Assembly: GCA_045600945.1 (NCBI GenBank)
Contig: JAZRYX010000027.1
Span: 1,730 to 65,729, forward strand
Source of the DNA: Lachnospiraceae bacterium
GTDB taxonomy: Bacteria; Bacillota; Clostridia; Lachnospirales; Lachnospiraceae
DNA: 64,000 nucleotides
Direction: 5' to 3'
Shown here piece by piece: positions 19,611 to 28,749 of the stretch. The translations under genes were made by a program, and so were the position numbers. How positions within the stretch are numbered: position 1 is the first letter of the stretch; each line of letters begins with the position of its first letter. The notes beneath the pieces are model-generated. The model was given only the letters and a program-made list of their open reading frames with translations. It made no database searches and had not been told where the DNA came from.

Positions 19611-21308
19611 TTATTTACACTCATTGAATACTTTCTTGATAGCCTTAAGAGCATCTGCAGGAAGTCTGTCGAATCCGCCCTGCTTGGAATCAAGTTCTTC
19701 AACGAACTTAACTCTGTCTTCCATACGAGCCTTGAGTTGCTTGAGGTAGTTAGCGTCCTTCATATCCGGAACATATCCCTTCCACTCACAGATCTCAATG
19801 TCTGAGAAGTTGCCCCACTTTTTGAATTTAGCTTTCTTCTCAACGATAGCTTCAAGAACACCGAGTGTAACTTCCTTTGTGATCTTCTTGCCCATGAAGT
19901 CACCTGTATTTACGATGTAGCAATCAACTTTCTTCTTATCTACGAGCTTTTTGAACTTCTCATAGTCATTTGCAAGTGGATATGTTCTGAATGGGTTAGC
20001 ATACGGAACAACTACAAGTGCGTTCGGATCAGCACCCGGAGCAAGACGCTCAGCCGATGATCTCTTTGTAGCAAGTGTTGCGCCCATAACTGATGCAAGT
20101 GCTGCACCTTTAAGCTTAACAACCGGCGGAATTGTAGGATCCTTCATGATCCAGAAAATAGCATTAACCGGCTCGGAAATCTTATCTACACGGTTCGGGC
20201 TCCAAAGTTTAGACTTGATAGCACGTCCGTTACCGTTACGGATATCCTCTGTTACGATAGTAACTTCACCGTTCTCGTCAAGAGTAGCACCTACGTTCTG
20301 TACAGTGATGAGATACTTGTTGTCCGGGCAGCCTGCCGGATAATCAGCTGTCTTATCAAAATATGTAGGCTCGATAGCAATCGATGAACATGTATCTGTA
20401 TTGATGATGAAAGCATCATCATGAAGAACTGTAATATCAAACTTACCGCCATGCTTAGCATGTGTAAGTGTTGACTTACCTGAACCTGAAAGACCGAATA
20501 CAGATGCTACGAAGCTCTTTCCGCCCTTGAGGTTGTATCTCTTCTGTCCGCCGTGGCAGCTTGCATAACCGTTACGGTTTGCGATAGCCCATGCCATGGT
20601 AAGTGTACCCTTCTTATGCTCTCCGAAGTACTTCATACCAAGGATGCATGCACAGTTCTGCTCTGTGTTGAAGTAGCACAGTGTCTTCTTCTGAGGATCA
20701 CTGAGTACGCTGAAATCAAGTCCCGGTCCCTCTTCAGGTGTCCACTGAGGATCTGAGAAGATGTAGATATCAGGCTCATTACCCTTACCTACCGGAACTG
20801 AATTCTTGTACATCTTGATGTATTCATCTGACATATACTGGAAGTTGATCATCCAGTTGTAAAGGAGGTTCTCTTCACCTTCCGGAATAAGAAGATGTGC
20901 CTTTACCATGAACTCAGGATCAAGTCCGCAGAATACTTCTGCATGATACATTGTTTTCCAACGTGACTTATAAACAGCATCCATTGCAATCTTATCAAGT
21001 GCTTCACAATTAACACCTTCCATACCTGCAATACGTCTTGCTGTTGCATAACGTCCTGTAATAGCGCCGTCGTTGAAAAGCAGAACTTTTGCATCCGGCT
21101 CAAGTCCGAATTCTTCACCACGATATACCGTCTGTCCGGTAACTACTGTTCCGGGTGAGTTCTTTGCAAGATCATATGCTTCCTTAAGAGTATTGATCTT
21201 AACTACGTTGTTGCCATAGAAAGCTGACTCGATGATAGTTCTGGTCTTAGCAAAGCCTACTTTTCCGGGGCCTATTTCATTTGTTTTGTAATAAGCTTTT
21301 GTTGACAT
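19611..21308 (-). CDS. pckA: Phosphoenolpyruvate carboxykinase (ATP)
   Basis: 565 aa. The kinase-1a motif FGLSGSGKSTLT is present, along with ...GGQKRYNLKGG... and ATP-PEPCK-like overall architecture. Confidence 0.9.
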   Translation of the reverse strand: MSTKAYYKTNEIGPGKVGFAKTRTIIESAFYGNNVVKINTLKEAYDLAKNSPGTVVTGQTVYRGEEFGLEPDAKVLLFNDGAITGRYATARRIAGMEGVNCEALDKIAMDAVYKSRWKTMYHAEVFCGLDPEFMVKAHLLIPEGEENLLYNWMINFQYMSDEYIKMYKNSVPVGKGNEPDIYIFSDPQWTPEEGPGLDFSVLSDPQKKTLCYFNTEQNCACILGMKYFGEHKKGTLTMAWAIANRNGYASCHGGQKRYNLKGGKSFVASVFGLSGSGKSTLTHAKHGGKFDITVLHDDAFIINTDTCSSIAIEPTYFDKTADYPAGCPDNKYLITVQNVGATLDENGEVTIVTEDIRNGNGRAIKSKLWSPNRVDKISEPVNAIFWIMKDPTIPPVVKLKGAALASVMGATLATKRSSAERLAPGADPNALVVVPYANPFRTYPLANDYEKFKKLVDKKKVDCYIVNTGDFMGKKITKEVTLGVLEAIVEKKAKFKKWGNFSDIEICEWKGYVPDMKDANYLKQLKARMEDRVKFVEELDSKQGGFDRLPADALKAIKKVFNECK

Positions 21309-21376
21309 ATTATTCCTCCTAAATTCTCAATACATACTCAATACATATCTGTATTAAAATAAACAAATTTGGTTTA

Positions 21377-21405
21377 ATTATCTCACTTTGAGACCTGTGT
21401 GTCAA
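21377..21405 (-). promoter_or_regulatory. Sigma-A type promoter of pckA
   Basis: The minus strand reads TTGACA-17 nt-GATAAT, about 70 nt upstream of the pckA ATG. Confidence 0.55.
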
Positions 21406-21411
21406 TTGATA

Positions 21412-22356
21412 CTACTGTTTTATCCGCAGTTCACAATCAAACTCGGCATCATTATCCAACATGATTTTATACACCTTAAGCAGAAATACCGGATCCAGCG
21501 ATTTCTCGCTTATACCGTAACTTTCCCATAATATCGCGAATTTTTCTCCGGGATAATGCTTGCCGAAGCCTCCGTAAAGCACATCCGCAAATGCATCCAG
21601 ATTATGCCCCATTTGGAAATCCGGACTGTCGGTCATCTTTGACTCAATCTCATTAAAGAAGCTATCCCTGTCTGTTATTTTGTTTCCGTCCAGAACATAG
21701 ACAAACGGTATAAGCATACTCAGATCTTCCATATGATCTATCATGCAGTCCGGCTGCAGCGCTTCAAGAACCTCCCTGTCTCTGAACCCCCATGTAACTC
21801 CGACAGTAAGACATCCTGCTGCTTTTCCTGCCTCTATATCCGTCTCACCGTCGCCTATATAGATACATTCTTCCGGTTTTACTCCCAGCTCCTCAGCAAC
21901 ATTTAATATCGGCATCGGATTCGGTTTAAGAGGTACTCCCTGCCTTTCTCCGCAGACTATATCAAAAAGATCATCCCCGTATACTTTATGGATACATGCC
22001 TCGACACCCTGCTGGCTTTTATTTGAAGTAACCGCAAGTTTGATTCCACGTGCCTTGAATTCTCTAAGTGCCTCGGGAACCCCTTCGTATGCTTCATTTT
22101 TATAAGTACAATACTCTGCGAATACTTTCTTATAAGTCAGGTATGCTTTTTCAATATCTTCTTCATCGGGATTGCTGTAGAGACTTACAGCTTTTCTGAT
22201 CAGATTCTTTCCTCCGTTTCCGATAAATGATTTGACATGCAACATGTCTATCTCTTTATATCCAAGTTGCTTAAGTGTCATGTTCACAGCATATGTAAGT
22301 GATTCAAGAGTATTGATAATTGTTCCGTCCAAATCAAAAATACAAGCTCTTATCAT
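21412..22356 (-). CDS. HAD-superfamily phosphatase (PGP-like) fused to a C-terminal barstar-like domain
   Basis: The N-terminus has CIFDLDGTIINT (HAD motif I), TSNK, and GDGETD (motif III/IV). The C-terminal ~95 aa (VYVLDGNKITDRDSFFNEI...GHNLDAFADVLYGGFG...AILWE) aligns by eye with barstar (INGEQI...ENLDALWDCLTG...VLEW). Confidence 0.75.
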   Translation of the reverse strand: MIRACIFDLDGTIINTLESLTYAVNMTLKQLGYKEIDMLHVKSFIGNGGKNLIRKAVSLYSNPDEEDIEKAYLTYKKVFAEYCTYKNEAYEGVPEALREFKARGIKLAVTSNKSQQGVEACIHKVYGDDLFDIVCGERQGVPLKPNPMPILNVAEELGVKPEECIYIGDGETDIEAGKAAGCLTVGVTWGFRDREVLEALQPDCMIDHMEDLSMLIPFVYVLDGNKITDRDSFFNEIESKMTDSPDFQMGHNLDAFADVLYGGFGKHYPGEKFAILWESYGISEKSLDPVFLLKVYKIMLDNDAEFDCELRIKQ

Positions 22357-23954
22357 ATTTTGAATAACGTTGAGAGTAAGCCTCTTCCGAGTGAAGCTCC
22401 CACATTTCCTCCTATCGTCTTTCCGAGAGAACCGCCCACGCTGTTTCCTACTGATTTTCCAAGTTCGCGTCCGACAGATCCGACAGCTGCACTTGCAACA
22501 TTCTTGGCTGCGCGTTTTCTTGCTTTCTCTGCTTTCTCTTTCTCTTTCTGTGCCGCTTTCTCTGCCTTCTCGGCAGCCTTTGCGGCATCTTTCTCTGCCT
22601 TTGCCGCTTCCTTCTCTGCCTCTGCAGCTTCTTTCTCTGCGTCAGCCGCATCGCTTAATTCCTGCTGCTTTCTCTGAAGAAACTCATATGCAGAATCACG
22701 ATCTATCATCTCATTATATGTCTCTCTAAACTGATCGGATGCTATAACCTGCGATCTCATATTATCATCTATGGTTCCCATCTTTGACTGAGGAGGAAGT
22801 ATGCCTGCAATCTGAGCAACCGATGGAGATCCGTCTTCCTGAATGAAAGATACAACAGCTTCACCTGTTCCCAGATTTTTAATTGCCTCTTCAGTATCAA
22901 AATCAGGATTTTCTCTGAATGCCTGCGATGCTGCTTTGATTCCTTTCTGCTCTGCCGGTGTATATGCTCTGAGTGCATGTTGAACCTTGTTTCCGAGCTG
23001 AGCAAGTACAGAATCAGGAATATCCTTTGGATTTTGAGTTACAAAATATACTCCTACTCCTTTTGATCTGATGAGCTTGACAACCTGATCGATCTTTGCA
23101 AGAAGTGCCTTTGGTGCATCCGCAAAAAGCAGATGTGCCTCATCAAAGAAAAATACCATCTTCGGTTTCTCCGGATCTCCGACTTCCGGAAGTTGCTCAA
23201 AAAGTTCTCCGAGCATCCAGAGAAGGAATGTGGAATACACCAGCGGATCATGTATCAGGCTTTCCGAATCAAGAACATTGATATATCCTCTTGAGTCCGG
23301 TGCGGTTTTGAACCAGTCAAAAACATTGATTGCAGGCTCTCCGAAGAATTTATCTCCTCCCCTGTCCTCAAGAGATACCAAAGATCTCATGATTGCTGAA
23401 ACTGATTTTGAAGATATGTTGCCGTAATCTGCTTTATACTCTGCCGCATTTTCGACACAATAATTAAGAACGGATTTTAAATCTTTAAGATCCAGAATAA
23501 GAAGACCTTCATCATCTGCTATCTTAAAAACGATATTAAGTATGTCTGACTGAATCTGATTAAGTTCAAGAAGTCTGGCTAAAAGTAATGGTCCGAACTC
23601 CGTAACCGTAGTACGAAGCGGCATGCCTTTTACTCCGTAGATATCCCAGAATCTTGTGGGATAATTTTTAAATACAAAGTTCTTATCTGCAAGTCCGTAC
23701 TTTTGTATTCTGGACTGCATATCGTCACTGTCCTCTCCCTGCATGCACATACCGGCAAGGTCGCCTTTTACATCTGCAAGAAATACCGGGACTCCCGCAT
23801 CGGAAAAAGACTCAGCCATTACTTTCAATGTAATGGTCTTACCTGTTCCTGTTGCACCGGCGATAAGTCCGTGCCGGTTTGCCATCTTCGGAAGGACACT
23901 GACATATGAACCATCATCTGTCATGCCCACAGTAATCAGATTATTATTATACAT
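22353..23954 (-). CDS. HerA-like/DUF853 (YjgR-type) P-loop NTPase with a low-complexity C-terminal tail
   Basis: Walker A GATGTGKT and Walker B VFFFDEAHLLF are present. The charged tail is AEKEAAEAEKEAAKAEKDAAKAAEKAEK..., followed by Gly/Ser-rich repeats GRELGKSVGNSVGGSLGKTIGGNVGASLGRGLL, typical of DUF853. Confidence 0.8.
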   Translation of the reverse strand: MYNNNLITVGMTDDGSYVSVLPKMANRHGLIAGATGTGKTITLKVMAESFSDAGVPVFLADVKGDLAGMCMQGEDSDDMQSRIQKYGLADKNFVFKNYPTRFWDIYGVKGMPLRTTVTEFGPLLLARLLELNQIQSDILNIVFKIADDEGLLILDLKDLKSVLNYCVENAAEYKADYGNISSKSVSAIMRSLVSLEDRGGDKFFGEPAINVFDWFKTAPDSRGYINVLDSESLIHDPLVYSTFLLWMLGELFEQLPEVGDPEKPKMVFFFDEAHLLFADAPKALLAKIDQVVKLIRSKGVGVYFVTQNPKDIPDSVLAQLGNKVQHALRAYTPAEQKGIKAASQAFRENPDFDTEEAIKNLGTGEAVVSFIQEDGSPSVAQIAGILPPQSKMGTIDDNMRSQVIASDQFRETYNEMIDRDSAYEFLQRKQQELSDAADAEKEAAEAEKEAAKAEKDAAKAAEKAEKAAQKEKEKAEKARKRAAKNVASAAVGSVGRELGKSVGNSVGGSLGKTIGGNVGASLGRGLLSTLFKI

Positions 23955-23998
23955 ATCTTACCTCCCGCAATCACTTCTAAACTGTCTTCAGTATAACA

Positions 23999-24027
23999 AA
24001 AAAAAGGAGGTGAGTAAACTCACCTCC
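23999..24027 (-). terminator. Rho-independent terminator of the Lys/Ala-rich protein gene
   Basis: The minus strand has GGAGGTGAG-ttta-CTCACCTCC followed by a run of 7 T. Confidence 0.85.
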
Positions 24028-24099
24028 GCAATGATTTATCCTTGTAAATCAATCAATATTTGTAAGCACTTTCTCAGCTACTGCTTTAAAAAACGCTGC

Positions 24100-24741
24100 T
24101 TATTTAGCTGCCTTCTTTGCAACTGCTTTCTTAGCTGCTGCTTTCTTAACTGCTGTCTTAGCTACTGCTTTCTTAACTGCTGCCTTAGTTGCTGCCTTCT
24201 TAACTGCTGTCTTGGCAACCGCCTTCTTAGCTGCCGGCTTAGCTGCTGCTTTCTTAACTGCTGCCTTAGCTACTGCCTTCTTAACTGCTTCCTTCTTAAC
24301 TGCCGGCTTTGCTGCTGCTTTCTTAACTGCTGCCTTAACTGCTGTCTTAGCTACTGCCTTCTTAACTGCTGTTTTAGCTGCTGCCTTCTTAACTGCTGCC
24401 TTAGCTGCTGCCTTAGCTACTGTCTTCTTAGCTGCTGTCTTAGCCACTGCCTTAGCTGCTGTCTTAGCTACTGCCTTCTTAACTGCTGCCTTAGCTACTG
24501 CCTTCTTAGCTGCCGGCTTTGCTGCTGTCTTAGCTGCTGCCTTAGCTGCTACCTTAGCTACTGCCTTCTTAACTGCCGGTTTAGCTGCTGCCTTAGCTAC
24601 TGCCTTCTTAACTGCCGGTTTAGCTGCTGCCTTAGCTACTGCCTTTTTAGCTACTGCCTCAACTGCTTTCTTAGCTACTGCCTTCTTAGCTGCAACTTTC
24701 TTTTCTGAAGCTTTTAATACTTCTGTCTTATCAACTAACAT
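24100..24741 (-). CDS. Histone H1-like Lys/Ala-rich repetitive protein
   Basis: 213 aa, almost entirely AKKAVAK/AAAKPAVKK-type repeats after MLVDKTEVLKASEKK. It has an RBS (AGGAGGA), a consensus promoter upstream, and a strong terminator downstream. Confidence 0.8.
   Translation of the reverse strand: MLVDKTEVLKASEKKVAAKKAVAKKAVEAVAKKAVAKAAAKPAVKKAVAKAAAKPAVKKAVAKVAAKAAAKTAAKPAAKKAVAKAAVKKAVAKTAAKAVAKTAAKKTVAKAAAKAAVKKAAAKTAVKKAVAKTAVKAAVKKAAAKPAVKKEAVKKAVAKAAVKKAAAKPAAKKAVAKTAVKKAATKAAVKKAVAKTAVKKAAAKKAVAKKAAK
24105..24715 (-). repeat. Degenerate in-frame tandem DNA repeats encoding the KA-rich protein
   Basis: Units such as gctgctgccttcttaactgctgccttagctact recur throughout. They also create long spurious ORFs in other frames. 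Confidence 0.85.
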
Positions 24742-24788
24742 AATTTCCTCCTAGTCCCTCAAAGGGTTTGATAACTCATACATAAAAA

Positions 24789-24817
24789 ATTATAAATGTA
24801 ATTTTTTTTCTTGTCAA
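24789..24817 (-). promoter_or_regulatory. Perfect-consensus sigma-A promoter for the KA-rich protein gene
   Basis: The minus strand reads TTGACA-17 nt (agaaaaaaaattacatt)-TATAAT. Confidence 0.7.
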
Positions 24818-24837
24818 TAAATTGTATTTTTCAAAAA

Positions 24838-25680
24838 TCAAATGTTCTGTTGCTTTCTCGAATATGTTACAAGCACATCTGTCGCAGCCATTTTCAAAAC
24901 TATTTTTTTGATAAGCATATCAAGTTCTTTTCCTTCTTCGTAATTTGCTTTTGCCGCAAAATTTATTCTGTTATCTCTCATAAGTTCACGCACGGTATCT
25001 TTTTTATTTCCCTGATAAACAGCTATTGCCTGTCCTCCGTTTACACTTACAAGTTTCATGCATGGTACATCAGTAAGTCCGTCACCGATATATATCATAT
25101 TTCTAAACGGTACTCTTCTGTCAGGTTCGGGAACATATTTATTGAGTTTACTGTTATCACCCAAATTTAAAAGTCCCTTATTTATCCTGAACAGATATTG
25201 TGTCTTTCCTGTAAAGTTTACACCCATCTTCGGCCAGTCTGCAGCACCGTTCTCATCATAATGAAATTCGCATGCAAAGATTTCTTTAAAACGATCTGCG
25301 ATTTTACAGCCTTGTATAATTTCTTTAAGTCCGGATGAGATGATGTAGTGTTCAATCGTCACACCGTTTTCTTCTCCGAACTTATTGATCCTTTCAAACC
25401 ATGTCTCGACACCCGGAAACAGTTTAATATCTTTTCCTGCCCTTTCAAAAACATCCCTTGTGATCGGTCTGTGTTTATCTTTTGACAACCTGAGCATGAG
25501 ATACATGTATGTAAGGACAGGATCCATCTTTTCTTCTTTCGCCATCCGATCGGTTTTTGTCCAAAAACTTTCCGCAGACTCTTCAAGACTCGGAATAAAA
25601 GTGTATTCCTGCATATCCTTCGTACATAATGTCTTATCAAAATCATACATCAGCGCAATGATTGGTTTTTTTTCTTTCAT
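24838..25680 (-). CDS. HAD-IB type hydrolase (phosphoserine-phosphatase-like)
   Basis: IALMYDFDKTLCT (motif I), IISSG (motif II), IYIGDGLTDVPC (motif IV); 280 aa. Confidence 0.75.
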   Translation of the reverse strand: MKEKKPIIALMYDFDKTLCTKDMQEYTFIPSLEESAESFWTKTDRMAKEEKMDPVLTYMYLMLRLSKDKHRPITRDVFERAGKDIKLFPGVETWFERINKFGEENGVTIEHYIISSGLKEIIQGCKIADRFKEIFACEFHYDENGAADWPKMGVNFTGKTQYLFRINKGLLNLGDNSKLNKYVPEPDRRVPFRNMIYIGDGLTDVPCMKLVSVNGGQAIAVYQGNKKDTVRELMRDNRINFAAKANYEEGKELDMLIKKIVLKMAATDVLVTYSRKQQNI

Positions 25681-25788
25681 ATATAACCTTCTTTCTGTTG
25701 TTTCAGAAGTTGTATTAATAATAATGGATTTTTCAAAAAAATAAAAGTCCGACCATATGCCGGGCTTTTATAGTTTTTGTAAGTGTGT

Positions 25789-25995
25789 TTAAGCAACCAC
25801 TGTAACGTTAACTGCCTGTACGCCTCTGTTTCCTTCAGCTGTCTCGAAAGTAACCTTCTGGCCATCCTCGAGTGTCTTATAGCCTTCGGAATTGATGCCT
25901 GAGAAATGAACAAAAATTTCTTTTCCGTCAGCGTCATCTGTGATAAAGCCGTAACCCTTAGTAGCATTAAACCACTTTACTGTACCACTGTGCAT
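25789..25995 (-). CDS. Cold-shock protein (CspA family)
   Basis: [34 protein letters not shown]... carries the RNP1/RNP2 motifs. The start was moved to the ATG at 25995, which has GGAGG 6 nt upstream. Confidence 0.93.
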   Translation of the reverse strand: MHSGTVKWFNATKGYGFITDDADGKEIFVHFSGINSEGYKTLEDGQKVTFETAEGNRGVQAVNVTVVA

Positions 25996-26026
25996 AACAT
26001 GCCTCCAAAATATAATCAGTACAATG

Positions 26027-26055
26027 AGTATAACAAATTGACAAAAAATCGTCAA
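26027..26055 (-). promoter_or_regulatory. Putative sigma-A promoter of the csp gene
   Basis: The minus strand reads TTGACG-17 nt-TATACT, about 30 nt upstream of the csp ATG. Confidence 0.5.
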
Positions 26056-26082
26056 TGTTTCTTTGTCTCCATTGTGCATTTT

Positions 26083-28020
26083 TTAAAGTGCAAAACGGTC
26101 TAAAAAGTCACGTTCCGTTAATATTGGTACATTCAGTTCTTTCGCTTTCTTGTTTTTGGATGATACGGAGTTAATATCATTATTGATCAGAAAACTCGTG
26201 GCACCGCTTACGGATGATGCACATTTACCTCCGCGATCCTCGATAAACTGCTGAAGCTCTTTTCTGTTTGAGAAGTGTTCAACATTTCCGGTAATGACAA
26301 ATATCAGTCCCTTAAGATTCTGCTCGCTCATCTGATCTGCCGAACTCTTTTGCAAAACGACCTCTGTCAAAAGCTCATCAATCCGGCGGTTGTTATTATC
26401 ATCTGTGAAATAATCCACGATGGCATCTGCGAGTACATTTCCGATTCCTTCTATACCGCACAACTTATCTGCATCGGCATTTCTGAATCTTTCAAAATCG
26501 TCTTCAAATGCTTTGCTTATCGCCTTTGCATTGGCTGCTCCTATTCCCGGAATGCCCAGTGAATATATGAATCTTGCAGTCGTAGTCTGAGATGCTTTCT
26601 TTGCAGCTTCAATCAGGTTATCCGCGGATTTCTCTCCGAAGCCGTCAAGCATCGCTATCTCACTTCTGTATCTGCCGAGTCTGAAGATATCGACATATTC
26701 TTTTATGAATCCTGCAGAGATGAGTTTCTCAAGAGTCATCTCACTGAGCCCCTCGATGTTCATCGCATCACGCGAGCATAGCAGTGCAAACGACTTGACT
26801 TTCTTTACCGGACACTGAGTATTGACGCACACCAAAGTCTTGACACCATTTTGCGCCTCTGTCACGGTCGGCATACCGCATACCGGACATACTTCCGGAA
26901 TATCTTTCACACCGGATCTGGTCAGATTATCTGCTATCTGAGGTATGATCATGTTCGCTTTATAAACAGTGATTGTATCTCCTGCGCCAAGTTCAAGTGA
27001 TTCCATAACACTTATATTGTGGACGCTGGCTCTTGAAACCGTGGTTCCCTCTATCTCAACCGGTTCAAACACGGCTACAGGGTTAATGAGTCCTGTTCTT
27101 GACGGTGACCATTCTATGTATTTAAGTTTTGTCTCTGCAATCTCGTCACTCCATTTAAATGCTATCGCATTTCTGGGGAATTTCGCAGTCGTTCCCAGCG
27201 ACTCTCCGTAAGCAATATCTTCAAGAAGCAGCACAAGTCCGTCGGATGGAATATCATAAGTCTCAATGCGTTTTGCAAAATCTGCTACGGCATCGGATAA
27301 GGTATCGGCATCGACAATAACATAATCCACAACATCAAATCCCTGCTCTCTGAGCCATTTGAATTTATTGCTGTTCAGATTCTTAAAATCAACATCTGCA
27401 GATACAAGACTGAATGCAAAAAGATTAACATTCCTTTCGGCAGTTACTGCAGGATCAAGCTGCCGCACAGAACCTGAGCAAAGATTCCTCGGATTTTTAT
27501 ACTCTCCGCTGAACTTTTCAAAATCGGAATATTTTATAACTGCTTCACCACGCAGCACAAGTTTTCCTTTATACGGTATGCGAAGCGGAACATTTCGGAA
27601 TCTTCCGGCATTGTTCGTTACATCCTCTCCTATGAATCCGTTACCTCTTGTAACTGCCTGTTTGAGCATGCCGTCTTCATATGTGAGCACTATTGTAAGT
27701 CCGTCTAATTTCCATGAAAGTATGGCCTTCTGATCGCCTATCCACTCCTTAAGAGTATCAACAGATTTGGTTTTATCCAGAGATAGCATAGGTTTTTCAT
27801 GCTCAACTTTCGCAAGCTGTGAAAGCACTTCATAACCGACATTCTGAGTAACCGAATCAGACAGTACTATGCCTGTCTTTTCTTCGAGTTTAATGAGTTC
27901 ATCATACAGAGCATCGTATTCATAATTACTCATGATTTCCCTGCTCTGCTGGTAATATGCCAGCGATGCCTCTTTCAGAATCTTATTCAGTTCAACCATT
28001 CTGGATTTATCTTTTTCCAT
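26083..28020 (-). CDS. ligA: NAD-dependent DNA ligase
   Basis: Adenylation motif WKLDGLTIVLTYEDG...TRGNGFIGEDVT, Zn finger CPVCGMPTV...CVNTQCPVK, HhH repeats, and a C-terminal BRCT (LIFVITGNV...); 645 aa. Confidence 0.9.
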   Translation of the reverse strand: MEKDKSRMVELNKILKEASLAYYQQSREIMSNYEYDALYDELIKLEEKTGIVLSDSVTQNVGYEVLSQLAKVEHEKPMLSLDKTKSVDTLKEWIGDQKAILSWKLDGLTIVLTYEDGMLKQAVTRGNGFIGEDVTNNAGRFRNVPLRIPYKGKLVLRGEAVIKYSDFEKFSGEYKNPRNLCSGSVRQLDPAVTAERNVNLFAFSLVSADVDFKNLNSNKFKWLREQGFDVVDYVIVDADTLSDAVADFAKRIETYDIPSDGLVLLLEDIAYGESLGTTAKFPRNAIAFKWSDEIAETKLKYIEWSPSRTGLINPVAVFEPVEIEGTTVSRASVHNISVMESLELGAGDTITVYKANMIIPQIADNLTRSGVKDIPEVCPVCGMPTVTEAQNGVKTLVCVNTQCPVKKVKSFALLCSRDAMNIEGLSEMTLEKLISAGFIKEYVDIFRLGRYRSEIAMLDGFGEKSADNLIEAAKKASQTTTARFIYSLGIPGIGAANAKAISKAFEDDFERFRNADADKLCGIEGIGNVLADAIVDYFTDDNNNRRIDELLTEVVLQKSSADQMSEQNLKGLIFVITGNVEHFSNRKELQQFIEDRGGKCASSVSGATSFLINNDINSVSSKNKKAKELNVPILTERDFLDRFAL

Positions 28021-28688
28021 TTTCCTTCTTTTATGGAGCCGAGTCTTACTCCCATGATTCTTATTCGTTTAAGTTTTATGACTTCGTAACCGCACTCTTT
28101 GCACATTCTTCTGATCTGTCGGTTAAGTCCCTGAGTCAGTATAATATTAAATGTCCTTGCACCGGTTCTTTCTACTTCACACGGTCTTGTGGATTTCTCC
28201 AGTTCCTTAAGATACATACCCTCTCGCATCTTCTTAAGAGCTGCCTCCGTAAGAGGCTTATCAACTTCCACTTCATATTCTTTTTCATGAAAGTTCGAAG
28301 CCTTAAGTATATCATTTACCAGATCACCGTCATTGGTCATCAGTATCAGTCCTTCAGAATCCTTATCCAGTCTGCCTATCGGATATACTCTTTCGGGATA
28401 ATCAACCAGATCTACAATGTTCGGTGCCCTGTCATTATCTGTTGTCGTACATACCACACCTCTGGGTTTATATACTGCGAGAACGACCTTTTTGACTTTT
28501 GCGGCATCATCCGCGACTCCTATGATTTTATCACCTACGGTCACGACTTCCTTGCCCGAGACTTTGCTTCCCGGCACGGCTTTATGTCCGTCTATGCGTA
28601 CCAGACCGGCTTCTATGAGTCTGTCGGCTTCTCTTCTGGAACAATATCCCATCGTGCTTAAATATTTATTTATTCGCATTTCTCCCAT
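27987..28688 (-). CDS. Pseudouridine synthase (RsuA/RluB family) with an S4 domain
   Basis: MRINKYLSTMGYCSRREADRLIEAGLVRIDG (S4 domain) and the catalytic GRLDKDSEGLILMTNDG. It overlaps the ligA start by 34 nt. Confidence 0.9.
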   Translation of the reverse strand: MGEMRINKYLSTMGYCSRREADRLIEAGLVRIDGHKAVPGSKVSGKEVVTVGDKIIGVADDAAKVKKVVLAVYKPRGVVCTTTDNDRAPNIVDLVDYPERVYPIGRLDKDSEGLILMTNDGDLVNDILKASNFHEKEYEVEVDKPLTEAALKKMREGMYLKELEKSTRPCEVERTGARTFNIILTQGLNRQIRRMCKECGYEVIKLKRIRIMGVRLGSIKEGKWKKINPEWLN

Positions 28689-28749
28689 ATGAAAATTATA
28701 TCATATATGATACACTAGAGGGCAGAATAATTATGGAAGAAGGTACTAT

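Noticed and set aside
22360-22729. Plus-strand ORFs of 105 aa and 119 aa.
   Set aside because: They are antisense to the low-complexity tail of the DUF853 gene. Their composition is an artefact of the repetitive GAA/GCA codons on the other strand.
24105-24715. Possible CRISPR array, suggested by the dense short repeats.
   Set aside because: The repeats are contiguous, degenerate and in-frame coding. There are no unique spacers, no leader, and no cas genes anywhere in the window.
23743-24754. Long plus-strand ORFs: a 321-aa Cys/Leu-rich ORF (23743-24708) and a 180-aa Ala/Leu/Thr-rich ORF (24212-24754), both opposite the KA-rich gene.
   Set aside because: They are reverse-frame read-throughs of the tandem GCNGCNAAG-type repeats. 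They have no RBS or promoter, whereas the minus-strand gene has a consensus promoter, an SD and a terminator.
28689-28749. T-box leader expected upstream of trpS.
   Set aside because: The intergenic space is only 61 nt and contains no specifier or T-box sequence. That is too short for a T-box riboswitch.
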